Positions 1 to 14,995 of a stretch of DNA of 64,000 bases are shown one piece after another. Each line of letters begins with the position of its first letter. The first letter of the stretch is position 1. The stretch lies in assembly GCF_009914755.1 (NCBI RefSeq), contig NC_060938.1. One strand, 5' to 3'. The translations under genes and the position numbers were made by a program. Origin of the DNA: the human T2T-CHM13v2.0 reference genome, Homo sapiens. The notes under the pieces were generated by a model. The model did no database searches and had not been told where the DNA came from. It saw only the letters and a list, made by a program, of their open reading frames with translations.

Positions 1-1014
1 CAAAAATGAAAATGACATTGACTCTCCTTGCAAGAAGCCCATGTTCTAGTCTGGAAAAACCACATTTAACCACCAACTATAGACATGACATGACATGAAG
101 CTTCACCACTTTCTCTAAGGGAAGCCTCCATGATGTTCTTGGAACTGGAGAATGCTTCTTACCAACTTTCATTTTCTGAAGAGGCTAAGCTGTTGAAGGA
201 AGAACTACTTCCTCCGGATTATTATCCTGTCAGTGATTTTTAGTTCCCAGTGTCAAAGATCCCGTAGTGCCTTTAAAATGCTCTCAGGCAAAAACTGCCA
301 AACTGGGCTAATAAATCTGACTGGGGTAGCCATAGGCTATTTGGCAACAATTCTCAGAACAATCCTGTTCACCCTGTTCAGCCTCCACAGATTCTAGTGC
401 TCAGTACTTGGCTGCCACCATGGCTCCTGGACCACCTCTGCCCTGGGCTTGAGACCTTCAGGCTATGCCCCTTATTCCCAGGGCAACCTAACCCCCCAGG
501 CTTCAGATTGGGAACTTCCTCCCAAAACAGTGCTTGGGGCTTTTTCATGTGAATTCCACAGTTAATGCTGCTGCCGCCGCCTCAATGCTACCCTCTGAGG
601 CCAAGCTTGACATGCTGTTATTGACCTGGCATACCCAAATTTCATTTCTGGTAAGAGCCATTTCTGGTCACCCACCAGAATGGGTGACCCATGCAGTTGC
701 TAAATAGTGCCAGAGCGTGGGGAAATGCCTGAAGTACTTTGGCGATGTCCAGGTATTTCACATTTGCTTTCATTGTGATTCTGGGCTGAATTTCAGTGCT
801 CATCAACATGTTTGGCAATACAGAGACACAGCCTTGGCCTAGAGAAGGCTTAAGCCATCTGTTCTCTTAAGTGATAGAAAGGATGAGACAGAATTAGCTA
901 GAACCAGGAAAATACAAGCAATGCTTTCTGAAGAGCATGACCCTGGTAGAAATTTTGCTTTGTGTGCTCATACAGAGATCCATAAAACTGTTGAATGTAA
1001 TGGTCAGAAATCTA

Positions 1015-1235
1015 TGGTCAGAGACACAATGTAGGTTAATGTTTACCAAAGTCTTGGGGAAGAGGAGAATGAGTACACAGTTTTTTAGAGGAGGTGGGGA
1101 AACTGTTCTAAAATTAGATAGTGGTAATGGCTGTACAACTCTGTGGATATACTAAAAACCACTGAATTGAACACTTTAAAAGGGTGAATTTTATGATGTG
1201 TGAAGTATATCTCAATAAAGTCATTATTTTCAAAA
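1015..1235 (+). mobile_element. Old L1 (L1MB/L1ME-type) 3' UTR fragment
   Basis: Typical 3' end 'gttctaaaattagatagtggtaatggctgtacaactctgtggatatactaaaaaccactgaattgaacactttaaaagggtgaattttatg...ctcaataaag' followed by an A-rich tract. Confidence 0.8.
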
Positions 1236-1279
1236 AGAAATCTATGATCTATAGCAAAAAAGAAAAAAAAAACCCTAAT

Positions 1280-1385
1280 TCACATTTAACAAATACTTGT
1301 TCAGCATCTACCATGCACCAGGCTTTGTCTGAGGCATGAGAGGCATTCAGAAATAAAGCAAACAAGAAGTTTCTAGCTCAGAGAT
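1280..1385 (-). mobile_element. L2 3' end fragment
   Basis: 'catttaacaaatacttgttcagcatctaccatgcaccaggc' matches the reverse-complemented L2 terminus. Confidence 0.6.
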
Positions 1386-3324
1386 GCACCAAAATTCCTC
1401 CTTGCCCACATCTAAGGCTTACCTGGAATTGTGTCAGTTTAGAGCCAGATGTGGGCAACAGTTACTGCCTTTGGACTTCCTAGCAGAGAGATACTGCCTG
1501 TCTTTGGCAACCCTGGAGCCCTTGCATCTCCAGGGAGTGTTTCACTGATGAGCTGGCTAATCTCGGTGGTTACTTGATAATCACAGAAACAGAGCTGGCT
1601 GCAATGAATCTTCTTGTGGGAACCATCCAAGCTTTTCTCTGGAGCTCCATAATGCAGAAATTCAGTACAGAGAGCTCTAAAATGAGACGTCCTCCTGAGT
1701 GGATAGCACTCCTGCGAGGTGGAATTGCCTGGCAGTTTCAAGCTCCTTAGTAATTGGACCTAATTTTCATCCTCACCTTGAGGGGTTAAGTCCACTTGAG
1801 TAGCAGTCATGACCTGGACACAATGAAGCCCTACTTTCACTTCCTCTCTGGGAGACAGGATCTGCCTTTGCAGGGGCAATGTGTTATTTGCATGAAATTG
1901 TTTCAGCCATGGGACCTGACCACACCTCCATCATGACCAAAATTAAAAGAGCTTGGAAGAATCCTGCCCTCCACAGGTTAACACTTTCTAGCTTCCGGAA
2001 GTGTCCAACATCTGTTCTTCAACCTTCCCTCCAACCAGAGCAAGGCCAGGCCCTGAATGACCCCACTAAATATAACCCAGTTGTTCAACACCCACCTCTC
2101 TCCTGAGGAAAAAAATCAATTGCAACCAGATGAGAATTTCCATATGTGCCAAATTGAGCCCCCAGGCAGGAGAACAAAGAGACAGTGTTGAAAAGATGTC
2201 ACCCAGTAGGGAGACAGGCAGGAGCCCACATCCTGGGGACCCACTAGTGTAAACCGTTCTGAGATGTGTATGTGTTCTCCAGGGAAGAAAAAGCTGTACA
2301 GGCAAGCGCAGTCCTAGTGTTGTATTTGGGAACTCCAGGAGAAGTGAGGATGGGCCAGTGGAAGGATAGTACTTAGGGCATCTAGAAACCAGACACTTCC
2401 AATTTGGAAGCTATCTGAGGAGCTGGGTGGGGACTCGTGATGCCTTCTATAAAGACTTGGGCTAAGTGGAGAAGTTTGCTTGGCTGAAGCAATACGAAAA
2501 GGATAGTTCATTTTTATTTTGGATAAAGTGAAACTTCAGCTTTAAAAAAAAGCTGTTGTAACCAGAGCCCATCTCACAGATAAACACAGAAAAGCACGGT
2601 TGGCTGTAGCCATCCACCCTCAGGAATTGTGCCTTGGAAGTCACAATAAGTGGCAGTTTGAAGGTCATGAACAGGTTCTGTCCAGCTGTCTAACAGGAGG
2701 AGAAAACAGGTGAGCAGAAGGGGAAGCGTTTAAAATAACAAGGGGGCTCTTTAAATAGAGCTATAAAACTGGGTGGCAAACCTAGTCCAAGGGTTAAAAA
2801 CAAGCTTTTCTTCCAAAGTTTCTATGGCAACTAGATAACATCTACAGCAAGAGTGTAGTTAATGAAATATTTCTTCTAGACCAACATGTAGCAGTAAGTA
2901 ATGAAAGCTGACTTTGTGCAAGCTCCAGTACAGGTTACATTTTTAGCTGCTGCTTTTTTTTTTTTTTTCCTTGGCCAGAACTGGGAATGGAGTTTGGTGA
3001 GACTCCATTTACTATAGGCCCTGATTTCTCTTTCTCATAGCATGGAGTCTTTAAAGCTGGGGCAGAAAGTCTGGTCTTGATCCAAATCACTTGGGATGGA
3101 GAGAAAACTCCCTCCCTCTTCCCCCGCCCCCAGCAACAGTTTGGATTCATTTGACATAACTTGCAGTGTTAATTTGGACATTTAGAATAAATGCTCAGGA
3201 CTAACTAATTTTATCTCTACACAAAGAATAAACACAATCTGGTGAGGTTAGTGGGAGCTATTCATGTCGTACATGACTAAGAAGCAATGGGAACGCTTGA
3301 TGTAGAGGCCTTAGAGATATTTAA

Positions 3325-3520
3325 CTCAGCCAGTTACAAGCAGTGGGACTTGGGGCAAATTATTTAAGCTTTCTGTGTCTCAGATTCCCATAAAATGAGC
3401 CTGAGGATGGAACCCAACTAAAAGTTTATTTAAGGATTAAAAGAGATTAAAATTTTAAAGGAGAATAAAATGTGCCTAGCTCTGTCTGGTATACAGTAGG
3501 TATTCAATAAATACGTACTG
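3325..3520 (+). mobile_element. MIR SINE
   Basis: MIR core 'gacttggggcaaattatttaagctttctgtgtctcag' and 3' end 'tggtatacagtaggtattcaataaat'. Confidence 0.7.
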
Positions 3521-3694
3521 AATCTGATTAAATTTCTTTGGCTACAAACTACCTTAGGGTTCTAGAGAAGTTTCACTATATTTCTCACCAAGAAGATTGA
3601 ACCCCAAGTCTTTTCTATTAGGGTGGCTTATCAGAGAACAATTTCAAAATATTGGATCATTCTACATGTGGAACATAAAATTAGAGAAATAATA

Positions 3695-4080
3695 AAAGTA
3701 GCAGTGCTTTTTGGCACTTATTTTGTATCAGACAATGTTCTAAGCACTTTATGTGCATTTGCTTATAATCCTCATAAACCCTCTGAGGCAAGCAATATTA
3801 TTGTCACTGTTTAACATGTAAGGAAATTAAGACATAGAGAGGTGAAAACTCTGGATAAAGTCCTGGATGGTTTAAGTTACCACCACCACTACCACTGTCA
3901 TTATCAGCACTAACATTTCATGAGCCTGTCATGGTGGCTAAGCACGTTATGTGTGTTATTTCATTTCATGCTCATAATTTGGTATCACCATTTTACAGTT
4001 AAGGACAAGAAAGCTTGTTACACTAAGTAATTAGCCCAAGATCAAAAAGCTAGTAAATGGTAGTCATGATTCAACATAAA
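3695..4080 (-). mobile_element. Two adjacent MIR fragments
   Basis: 'ctaagcactttatgtgcatt...aatcctcat...aggaaattaagacatagagaggt' followed by a second similar unit. Confidence 0.6.
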
Positions 4081-4685
4081 CAATTATGCCACAAATTCGT
4101 AATATGACATAAAGACAGTTTTACTTTTTTTTTCAGATCCTTATGCCTTTTATTTCTTTTCTTGCATTATTGCACTGGTTACAATCTCTATGTTCAATGA
4201 TGCCTAGAAATGATAAGAATGGACATTCTTGCCTAGTTCCTGTTCTCTAGGGGAAAGCAGCCAGTATTTCACTACTCAGTATAATGTTTGTTACTGTAGG
4301 TTTTTACAATGTTCTTTATCACACTCAGGAAAGTTACCTTCTAGTTCTCATTAGCTGAAAATTTTTACTACATAAGGATGCAGAATTTGTCAAGTGCTTT
4401 TGCTGTTTTATTGAGACAATGATATGGCTTTTCTCTTTTATTCTGTTAAAGTGATGAATTTCAGTGATGGATTTTCATATATTGCACCAACTTTAATTCT
4501 GGAATCAACCTACTTGACCTTGATGTATTATCCTTTCTATATTGCCGCATTTGGTATGCTAACACTTTATTATGAATTTTTGTGTTTATATTCATGAGAG
4601 ATATTGGTCTGAAATTTTCTTTTCCTCTATATTTTTGTTGCATATTGGTTTCATGGTTTTCTGGTCTCATAAGAGGAGCTGGGAG

Positions 4686-4753
4686 TGTCAATCAGAGTTC
4701 CACCAGAGAAAGAACCATAGGACATATGTATATATGTATAATATATGTATATC

Positions 4754-4804
<51 letters not shown>

Positions 4805-5185
4805 AGCTAGGCAGGTGGACAGACAGAAAGATAGGTAGACTATAAGGAATTGGTTTATCCAATTGTGAATGTCGGCTAGTCAAGTCAAAAATTTGTAGGG
4901 GAGCCCATCAGGAAGGGCAGGCTGGAAACGCTCGGGCAGGAGCTGAAGCTTCAGTCCACTGGCAGAGTTTTTTTGTCCTCAGAGGAACCTCAGTTCTGCT
5001 TTAGGGTCTTTCGACTGATTAGGTTAGGCCCACCCAAATTATTGAGGATAATCCCCTTTACTTAAAGGCAATTGGCTGTAGATGTTAAATCTATAAAATA
5101 TCTTCAGAGCAACACTTAGATTAGTGTTTGATTGAATAATTGGGAACTATTATTTAGTAGAGTTGACACATAAAACACCATCAAG
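4686..5185 (-). mobile_element. MLT2D-like 3' LTR of an ERVL provirus
   Basis: 'tcagagttccaccagagaaagaaccatagga...aggcccacccaaattattgagga...gttgacacataaaacaccatca'. The polypurine tract GACAAGGGGTAGAC(-) lies immediately adjacent. Confidence 0.85.
4757..4802. repeat. (TG)n microsatellite inside the MLT2 LTR
   Basis: Perfect TG run. Confidence 0.95.
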
Positions 5186-5773
5186 TCTACCCCTTGTCAG
5201 CTTAGCTCCCATAACGCCTTAAACCATACTCAGTTTCCAAATAAAGAAAACAGCAAAGCCATACTTCCATCAAACATTATACAACTATCCTGTATATATA
5301 TATATCCAATAATGCACAGATCTTTCCCCCAGTGAAGATGTGAAGGCATTGGGTGATGTTCACTCTTCTCTATGATATCCAGTAACTTAAATACTGTGGT
5401 GTAATGTTAACTATTACTAATACATGTTATAGTAGATGATCTAGGGCTAAGACAGGGAAGAAAACAAAAATGTTTAAAATATGTATTAAATTAGATATAT
5501 ACATACACATCTATTATGACAAAATAAGAGATATAACAATTACAATCCTTGTTTCTGCAACTTGTCATATAGTCATAGCTGTTATTTATAACTACCTTCT
5601 TCCATGACCATTTCCATATTACTTTTACCTGTAGCAAGCACTTCAGCTGGTTGTAGTCTTTGCCTGGTGAAGTGACCCAAACTCTCATTCGTGAAGGAAC
5701 TGGGGCATTAGCAGTCCTGCTTGAGTTGAGTTGTCGTGGTTTCCCACTGACTTCAATCTTAGGAAATGGTAGT

Positions 5774-6127
5774 TGTCTTAGCTGGGGCTGCTAAATCAAA
5801 ATACCAAAAACTGGGTAGCTTAAAGAACAGAAATTTATTTCTCACATTTCTGGAGGCTGAGAAGTCCAAGATCAAGGGACTGGCTGATTTGGTTCCTGTT
5901 GAGGATCTTGCCCTGGTTTGCAGATAGACACCTTGCTGTACCTTCACATGGCAGAGAGAGATCGATCATCTCTCTTATGTCTCTTCTTATAAAGGCTCTA
6001 ATCCCATTTATGAGGGCTCCACCTCCATGACCTAATTACCTCCCAAAGTGTCCACCTCCAAATACCACCACCTTGGGGATTATGGACATATGAATTTTAG
6101 GAGGACACAAACATTCAGTCTATAGCA
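5774..6127 (-). mobile_element. MLT1A/MLT1A0 MaLR solo LTR inserted in the ERVL
   Basis: TG...CA ends, perfect 5-bp TSD GTAGT (5769-5773 / 6128-6132), 'atttatttctcacatttctggaggctgagaagtccaagatcaagg'. Confidence 0.9.
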
Positions 6128-6713
6128 GTAGTACTAAGAGACATCCTAAAGGATCTCCTTTATTCTAGACATGCTGTTCTTTACCTCAGTAGTGTAGTAC
6201 CAGTCCAATTTTTCCTTGATAGGACCAGTAACCCCAGTCAGTACAGTAATCTTCTTCTTTGCCTGTTGACTCAGAGTTATGAGGATCCCAAAGTGGCCAG
6301 ATGACAGTCATAACTTCCAGTTCAATTAAATCATTCTTGTGTTTCCTGGTGGAAACATTTCTACGTTTAAAAACAAGATTTCTAGACCAGCAGACCACAG
6401 GGTCACAAGAATGGGAAGCAAAAGTCTTGCAAGTAGAGCTGTAGAGGTAATAGTGACTGGTGCTATTTCCTCCCATTGATCCCTGGACCTATGAATTTTG
6501 ACTGTGGGAGAAGGAACACCACACATTGCATGCTGATTAAAAGCATATACAGCCTCCTGGAGGATATTACCACAGTCCTGCAAGGTATTGCCACCTGGCT
6601 GGCATCATAACTGAGTTTTCAAGAGGCAATTCTGCCATTCTATCAAGTCAGGTGCTTCAGAATGGTGGAGAACATAGTAATACCCGTGAATTCCATAAGC
6701 ATAGGTCCTTTGC

Positions 6714-8521
6714 TGTCACAGGATATTTAGGGTGTCACTCTGCCAGCCAGAAACCTCTGTGGCTGGTGGCATCTCTGCTTGGGTTTTGCTCATCCCCCCT
6801 GGGCTCGTTCTGCCCACTTGGCCTAGCAGGCTGCAGTGGCTTGCACTACTGGCCCAGATCCCATGCCTGCCAAGGGTGAGCCAGGCATGGAATGATGAGG
6901 GATGTGTGAGCGAGCAAGCACAGGATCCAGCCACTGTGCACAGCCAGGCATGATGGCTGAGGGAGGGTGGGCAGCTCCAGGCACCAGCACAGGTGCCCAT
7001 ATCTGAGCAAGGCTGTGGCTGGACCAGGCATACCGCAAGCGGCTTCTGCTACAGGCACCTGGGAATGCGGTAGCACCTAAAAGCTCAGAGATGCCAGGAA
7101 CATCAGAACCCCAAAGAGGGTGTTACAGCATGTCACATCCCAGACTCAGGGACCCCTGAGATCTGAGCCCCCAGAAAAGGCTGCAGCTTTTCTCTCCTTC
7201 TCGCTGTCTGCAGCATGGCGAGCAGTGCAGGGGTGTGTTTATGGGGGGGGGCATGTTTCGGCCCATTTGTGTTACATCTCCTTCAGTCCTGCTGCCCCAC
7301 TCCAACCTGCAGCTCCTGGACTGGCCTGGCCCTGCCACTGCTTCCTGTCATGTAGGGTGGCCACCCAGCACTGGCCGAGGGCAGGACGGCTATAGTGTTA
7401 CAGCAGCTCTGGCTTGGGGAACCCTGACGTCTGGGCCCCAGAAGGGTTGCCACTCTTCACTCCTGTAGTCTGGGAGGATGTCACTGCCTGCAGCTCAGCA
7501 AGCCAGCCAGGAATGTGTCACAGCCACTTTTGCTCCTGCCATTCAGTGGGTCCTGAGCTCTTGTCCCGTGTCCAGGAAGAATGAGGTTACGCAGACAACT
7601 GAAGGGTGAGCAAGGTGGAAAGGAGCTTTATTGAGTAACAGAACAGCCCTCAGGAGACCCGAAGTGGGTAGCTCCTTCCCAAAGGCAGGTCATCCCTAGG
7701 AGTGTCTGAGTCTGGCTGAGATTGGGGTTTTAATATGCTCAGAATGGAGTAAGTGCATGCTGATTGGTCCGTGGGCAGCCATGGGAGGGCCTGGAAAAAG
7801 CACTATTTAATTGACCTAAAGGAATCAATTAAATTCTCACCTGGGTGGTGGACTCCAGCAGGAACTGGCAGCCTGGCCCCTGTGCTTTAGGCAGTCCCTA
7901 GCTTGAAGGTGGGGTTTCACCAGGGACCTGCCCCTTCCTACCTAAGAACCTGTCTGCCTCCCACCGCCAATAACATGCCATCTGCAGTGCCCAGGCTGTC
8001 TGTGCTGAGGGGCACTTGCAGGCCCTTGCCAAGCTGCCCTCAGCACCCCCCCACCTCCATCCCTGAGCTTGTCAGTGCCCAAAGTTTCAGAAGGAGCTAA
8101 GGCAGTGGGTGGGAGTGCTGGCGTGTCAGTGCCACCCCAAGTGTACGCACACCCAGCTGGGTCATGACAGTGCCTGGGCTCAGCTACAACCATGCTCTGC
8201 ACCAGAACAGGCGCCCAGAGTGGGGAGAGGCCAGGGAGCAGGAGCAGGCACTTTTGGACCTGCAGGGGCAGGGAGCTTCCTGGGCCTCCAAGAGCTCATG
8301 GATGCCTGGGTCATGGGCAGCAGCTGGGCAGGGGCAGCTGCAGCTGCACCCGGGAGCGTGGGCTCCTGCTCCACCAACTCGGTGTGGTGTGGGGCTCCTG
8401 GTGGGACCATCTGTTCCTGGACCCTGCCGGCTCCACAGAGTGTACAGCCCTGGCCCACGCCTCTCCCACTGTAGCTGGCATCTCCACAGCAGCCCCTCCA
8501 GATGAGCCACCACCACCATCA
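6714..8521 (-). mobile_element. MER52A-like ERV1 solo LTR (~1.8 kb, GC-rich) inserted in the ERVL integrase
   Basis: Ends tgtcacagga... / ...ccatca, 4-bp TSD TTGC (6710-6713 / 8522-8525). ERVL sequence is continuous once it is removed. Confidence 0.85.
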
Positions 8522-10967
8522 TTGCCACACTTAATTTGTTGTGAAGTGAGTTTCTTGGTCAGAAGCAATGCTGTGTAGAATACCATGATGGTGGATATGT
8601 CGTTTTTGTAAGACCATGGATGATAGTTTTGGCAGAATCACTGTACACGAGGAAAGCAAATCCATATCCAGATTATTTATTCTGGTAAGAAGAAATCACT
8701 GCTCCTTCCATGGTGGAAGTGGTCCAGTGTAGTCAACTTGTCACCAAGTAGCTGGTTGCTCACCCCAGGAATGGTGCCATATCAAGGACTCTGCTGCTGG
8801 CCAATTGAGTACTCAGCGGTAACTGTATCCAGATTAGCCTTGGTGAATAGAAATGCCATGTTGCTGATTCCATGCATAACCTCTTTCTATGCTACCATGG
8901 CCACTTTGTTCATGAACCCTTTGAGCAATGGCATGAGTGGCTGGGAAAAGAGACCGACTTGCATCCACAGAAAGAGTCATTCTATGTCCTTAATTATTAA
9001 AATCTTCCTCTGCTGAGGTCATCCTTCAGTGAGCATTCATATGGGACACACATGTCTTCACTTTCTCTGCCCCTTCAGAGAAGACTACTCCCATACCTCT
9101 TCCTCAGACTTTTCTTGTCACCAATTTTCCATTCATGTTACTTATAAGTCCCTTCCCATCCAGCCAGATCATTTGCCATAGCTCATGAATCAGTATAGAC
9201 TCATATCTCTGACCATTTCTTCTTCTAAGCAAAATGAACAACCAGGTGCAGTGCTCAAAGTTCTGCCCACTGGGAGAATTTCCCTTCACCACTGTTTTTC
9301 AGGAATGTCACAGAGGGGGCCTGTAGTGCTGCAGCTGTCCACTCTCAGGTGGTGGCTGCATTTCATGCAGAACAATCTGTAAACCAGTCCTGAGGTTTCC
9401 CTTCCTCAGTCAACTTATTGTAGGGAACTCCCTATGAGGTCATAGAGGTGGGATGGGAGAGACAAGGTAGCATAGCAGGAGTTGGGGCCGTAGGCATTTG
9501 CACCACTTCTTCACATAACTTACTTGTGCCTTACTCAAGCCTGATCTCGTATATACCACTTCCATCTGATGATGGAGTGCTGCTGAGCATACCCAACTTC
9601 ATGGATTGGTGGGTCAGATAACTCCTAGTTCATATTGGGAAGCTCAGGTTGCATAGATAGTAACTTGGTGGCCCATGGTTAAGCATTCGGTCTCTACTAA
9701 GGCCCAGTAGCAGGCCAAAAACTGTTTCTCAAAGAGAGAGTAGTTATCTACAGGAGATGGCAAGACTTTCCCAAAGTTTTAAGAGTCTGTTGTGATTCAC
9801 CTATACAGGCCTGTCAGAGGCTCCAAACAGCACCTCTATCAGCCATTGACACTTCAAGCATCATCAGATCTGCTAGATCATAAGGCCTAAGTGGCGGAGC
9901 AGCTTTCACAGTGACCTGGACTACTACAGAGCCTTCTTTTGTTCTGGTCCCACTCAAAACTAGCTGCTCTTCAGTTTCAGTTGGTAAATGGGTCAAAGTA
10001 GTGCACTGAAGTGAGGAATATATTGCCTGCATTATCCAAAGAGACCCACTAGGTATTAGCCTTTTTTGCCATTGTAGGAGGGGCTAGATGCAACAAATTA
10101 TCCTTCACCTTACATGGTGAAGGATACCCCACACTATTGGACCCGTAGAAATTTCAGTGAGGTGGAAGGTCCCTGAATTTTTGTCAGATTTATTTCCACC
10201 TTCTGACACTCAAATGTCTTACCAATAAGTCTAGAGTAGTTGCTACTTCTTGCTCAGTAGCTCCAGTGAGCATAATATCATCAATGTAATGAACTAGTGT
10301 GATATGTTTTGGAAGGGAAAGATAATCACATTACCCATGTACTAAATTATGACATAGACCTGGAGAATTGATATATCCCTGAGGTAGGACAGTGAAGGTA
10401 TATTGTTTACCATTCCAGCTGAAAGCAAACTGCTTCTAGTTGTCCTTATTGACGGGAATAGAGGAAAAGGCACCTGCCAGCTCAATAGCTGCATACCAGG
10501 TACCAGTGGATGTATTAATTTGCTCAAACAATGAAACTACATCTGGAACAGCAGCTGCAATTAGAATCACCGTCTGGTTAAGATTACGGTAATTGAGTGT
10601 CATTATCCAAGATCCATCTGATGTCTGTACAGTCAAATAGGAAAGTTGAGTGGGGATGTGGTAGAAATCATTACTCTGCATCTTTAAAGTCCTTGATGGT
10701 TGTAAGATTGTTTTCTTAAATGTTTAAGAGAAATTTTTGTAAAAAATTTCAGGCCCTACCTGGGCCTGAAGTTACCTTTGTGGAAGTTTTAAATTACAAA
10801 TTCAATTTCTTTAATAGGCACAGGACTAGTAAAATTTTTCTCTTTATTTTTGTTTTTCTTTTGGCAATTGGAGTTTTTTAAAGAAATTTTTCCAGTACTT
10901 CTAAATTGCCAAATTTATTAGCATGAAAATTTTGTCATACTGCCTTATTCTCTTTAAATGTCTGTAA

Positions 10968-11310
<343 letters not shown>

Positions 11311-12233
11311 GTTGTTGTTACTTCTTTTTGTTTCTTTTTTTTCTCTCTCTTTCATTCCTAATTTGAATTATTTTGTATTTTCTCATTTTTTTCTTGATCA
11401 ATCATGTTAGGGTATTATTACTTTTACTAATCTTTTCTAAGAACCAATTTTGGCTATGTTAATTTTATTGTTTCTTTGCTTTCTATTTCATTGATAGGTT
11501 CTTTCTTGTTTCTTTGTTTCAAATTACTTTGGTTTAGTTTGCTCCTTTTTTCTATCTTTAAAAGGTGAAAACAGATTTTTGAATTTAAATCATTCTTATT
11601 TTCTAGCATAAGCTAAATTTAAGGCTATAAATTTCCTTCTATGCACTGTTTTAGCTGCATCACACAAATTTTGATGTGTTGTATACCATAATCATTCACT
11701 TTGGAACATTTTTAAATGTTCCCTGTGACTTTTCCTTTGACTCTATGAGTTATTTTAAAATGCATTGTTTCGTTTCAAAATATTTAGGCATTTTTCCAGA
11801 TAACAGTCTTCTAAAAGTGTCTAATTGAATTCCATTATAGTTCCAGAACATGCTCTGTAAGATAGATTTCAATCTTTTGTATTTATTGAGACTTATTTTA
11901 TGGCCCATCATATGGTCTTTCAAAGTGAACATTACATGTGCTCTTGAGAAAATATGTATTTTCAGTTGTTGTGTGGACTGTTTTCACGATTGCAATTGGG
12001 TTAAGTTAGTTTTGTTCAAATTATTTTTATCCACTCTGATTTCTGTATCTCGTTGCTCTACAATTACTGAGAGAAGGGTGTTAAAATCTCCAACCATGAT
12101 CACTTATTTCTATCTTTAGTTCTGCTTATTGTTGCTTCAAGTATTTTGAAGCTCTGTAATTAGATAAATACACATTTAGAATTGTTATGTCTTTCTGATC
12201 AGAACAACACTTTTATCATTAAGAAATGTCCTG

Positions 12234-12615
<382 letters not shown>

Positions 12616-12980
12616 TTACATATCTATCTTCTCTATCCTTTCACTTTTAACCTATCTCTGTCTTTATATTTCAGGTTGATCTCTTATGGATAGTATATAG
12701 CTGGGTCTCACTTTTTTTTTCAACTTTTATTTCGGATTCGAAGGATACATGTGTAGGTGTGTTACATGGGTGTATCACATGATGCTGACATGTGGGGTGC
12801 AGGTAGTGAGAATAGTGTCCAGTAGCTGGTTTGCAGCCCGTACCCAACTCCCTCCCTCTCTAGTAGTCCCTAGTGTCTGTCGTTCCCATCTTTACATCTA
12901 TGTGTACTCAATGTTCAGCTCCTACTTATAAGTAAGAACATGCAGTATTTGGCTTTCTGCTCCTACCTTATTTCACTTAG

Positions 12981-13356
<376 letters not shown>

Positions 13357-13838
13357 GATTTCATTGTTTTTTATGTCTGTGTAGTATTCCATGATGTGTA
13401 TGTGCTACATTTTCTTTATCCAATTCGCCATTGATGGGTACTTAGGTTGATACCATGTTTTTGCTGTTGTGAATAGCACTGCAATGAATGTATGAGTGCC
13501 TGTGTCTTTTTGGTAGAATGATTTGTTTTCCTTTGTGTATATACCCAGTAATGGGATTGCTGGGTCAGTTGGTAGCTCTGTTTTAACTTCTCCGAGAAAT
13601 CTCCAAACACGGTGGAATGTTGGCCTGTAGTTTTCTTTTTTTGTTGTGCCTCTGCCAGATTTTGGTATCAGGATGATGCTGGCTTCATAGAATGAGCTAA
13701 AGAGGAGCCTCTTCTCCATTTTTTGGTATAGTTTCAGTAGGATTGGTATGAGTTCTTCTTTGTACATCTGGTAGAATTTGGCTGTGAACTCATCTGGTCC
13801 AGTGCTTTTTTTGGTTGGTAGGTTTTTTAAATTACTGA

Positions 13839-14250
<412 letters not shown>

Positions 14251-14995
14251 TTCTCTACATTTTCTAATTTGTGTGTATAGAGGTGTTCATAATAGTCTCT
14301 GGGGATCTTTTGTATTTCTGTGGGATCAGTTGTAATGTCATCATTGTTATATCTTATTGCACTTATTTGGGTCTTCTCTTTTTCTTTTTTTGTTAATCTA
14401 GCTGGTGGTCTAAATCTTGTTTATTCTTTCAAGAACAAATTTTTAGTTTCATTAATCTTTTATATGGATATTTGCATCTCAATTTCATTCAGTTCTTATC
14501 TGATTTTAGTTATTTATTTTCTTCCGGTAGTTTTAGAGTTGCTTTTTTTCTAGTTCTTCTAGGTGCAATGTTAGATTATTAATTTGAGATCTTTCTAACT
14601 TCTCAATGATGGCATTTAGCACCATAAACTTTCCTCTTAACACTGCTTCAGCTGCATCCCAAAGATTTTGGTAAGTTGTGGCTCTATTTTCATTAATGTC
14701 AAAGAATTTTTTGATTTCTGCCTAAATTTAAATTTTCACCCATGAGTTATTCAGGAGCAAGTTGTTTCATTTCCATGTTTTTGTGTAGTTTTGGGAGATC
14801 TTCTTGGTATTGATTTCTATTTTTATTACACTGTGATTTGAGAGTATGCTTGTTATGATTTCAGTATTTTTTAATTTATTGAGACTTGCTTTATGACTGA
14901 GCACGTGGTCAATCTTAGAATATGTTCTGTGTGCAGGTGAGAAGAATGTATGTTTTGTGGTTGTTGGGTAGTATTCTGTAGATATCTATTAGGTC

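Larger units (their letters stand above)
5186..10702 (-). pseudogene. ERVL internal region: decayed pol (RT, RNase H, integrase) and dUTPase; gag and 5' LTR absent
   Basis: DGSWIMTLNYRNLNQ..AAAVPDVVSLFEQINTSTGTWYAAIELA (10436..10681), [14 protein letters not shown] (~10361-10402), YIDD at 10277-10288, ILQEAVYAFNQ..SAGLEIL..PPGNTRMI (6326..6583). Many stops and frameshifts. Confidence 0.9.

Noticed and set aside
6652-8586. Dense overlapping ORFs and high GC suggesting a gene or CpG island
   Set aside because: Almost entirely inside the TSD-bounded MER52A-like LTR. GC-rich sequence is poor in stop codons, and the CpGs are largely decayed to TG/CA.
8522-10702. Domesticated or active reverse transcriptase (YIDD intact)
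   Set aside because: The frame is broken by many stops and shifts, the longest pieces are about 80 aa, and gag and the promoter LTR are missing
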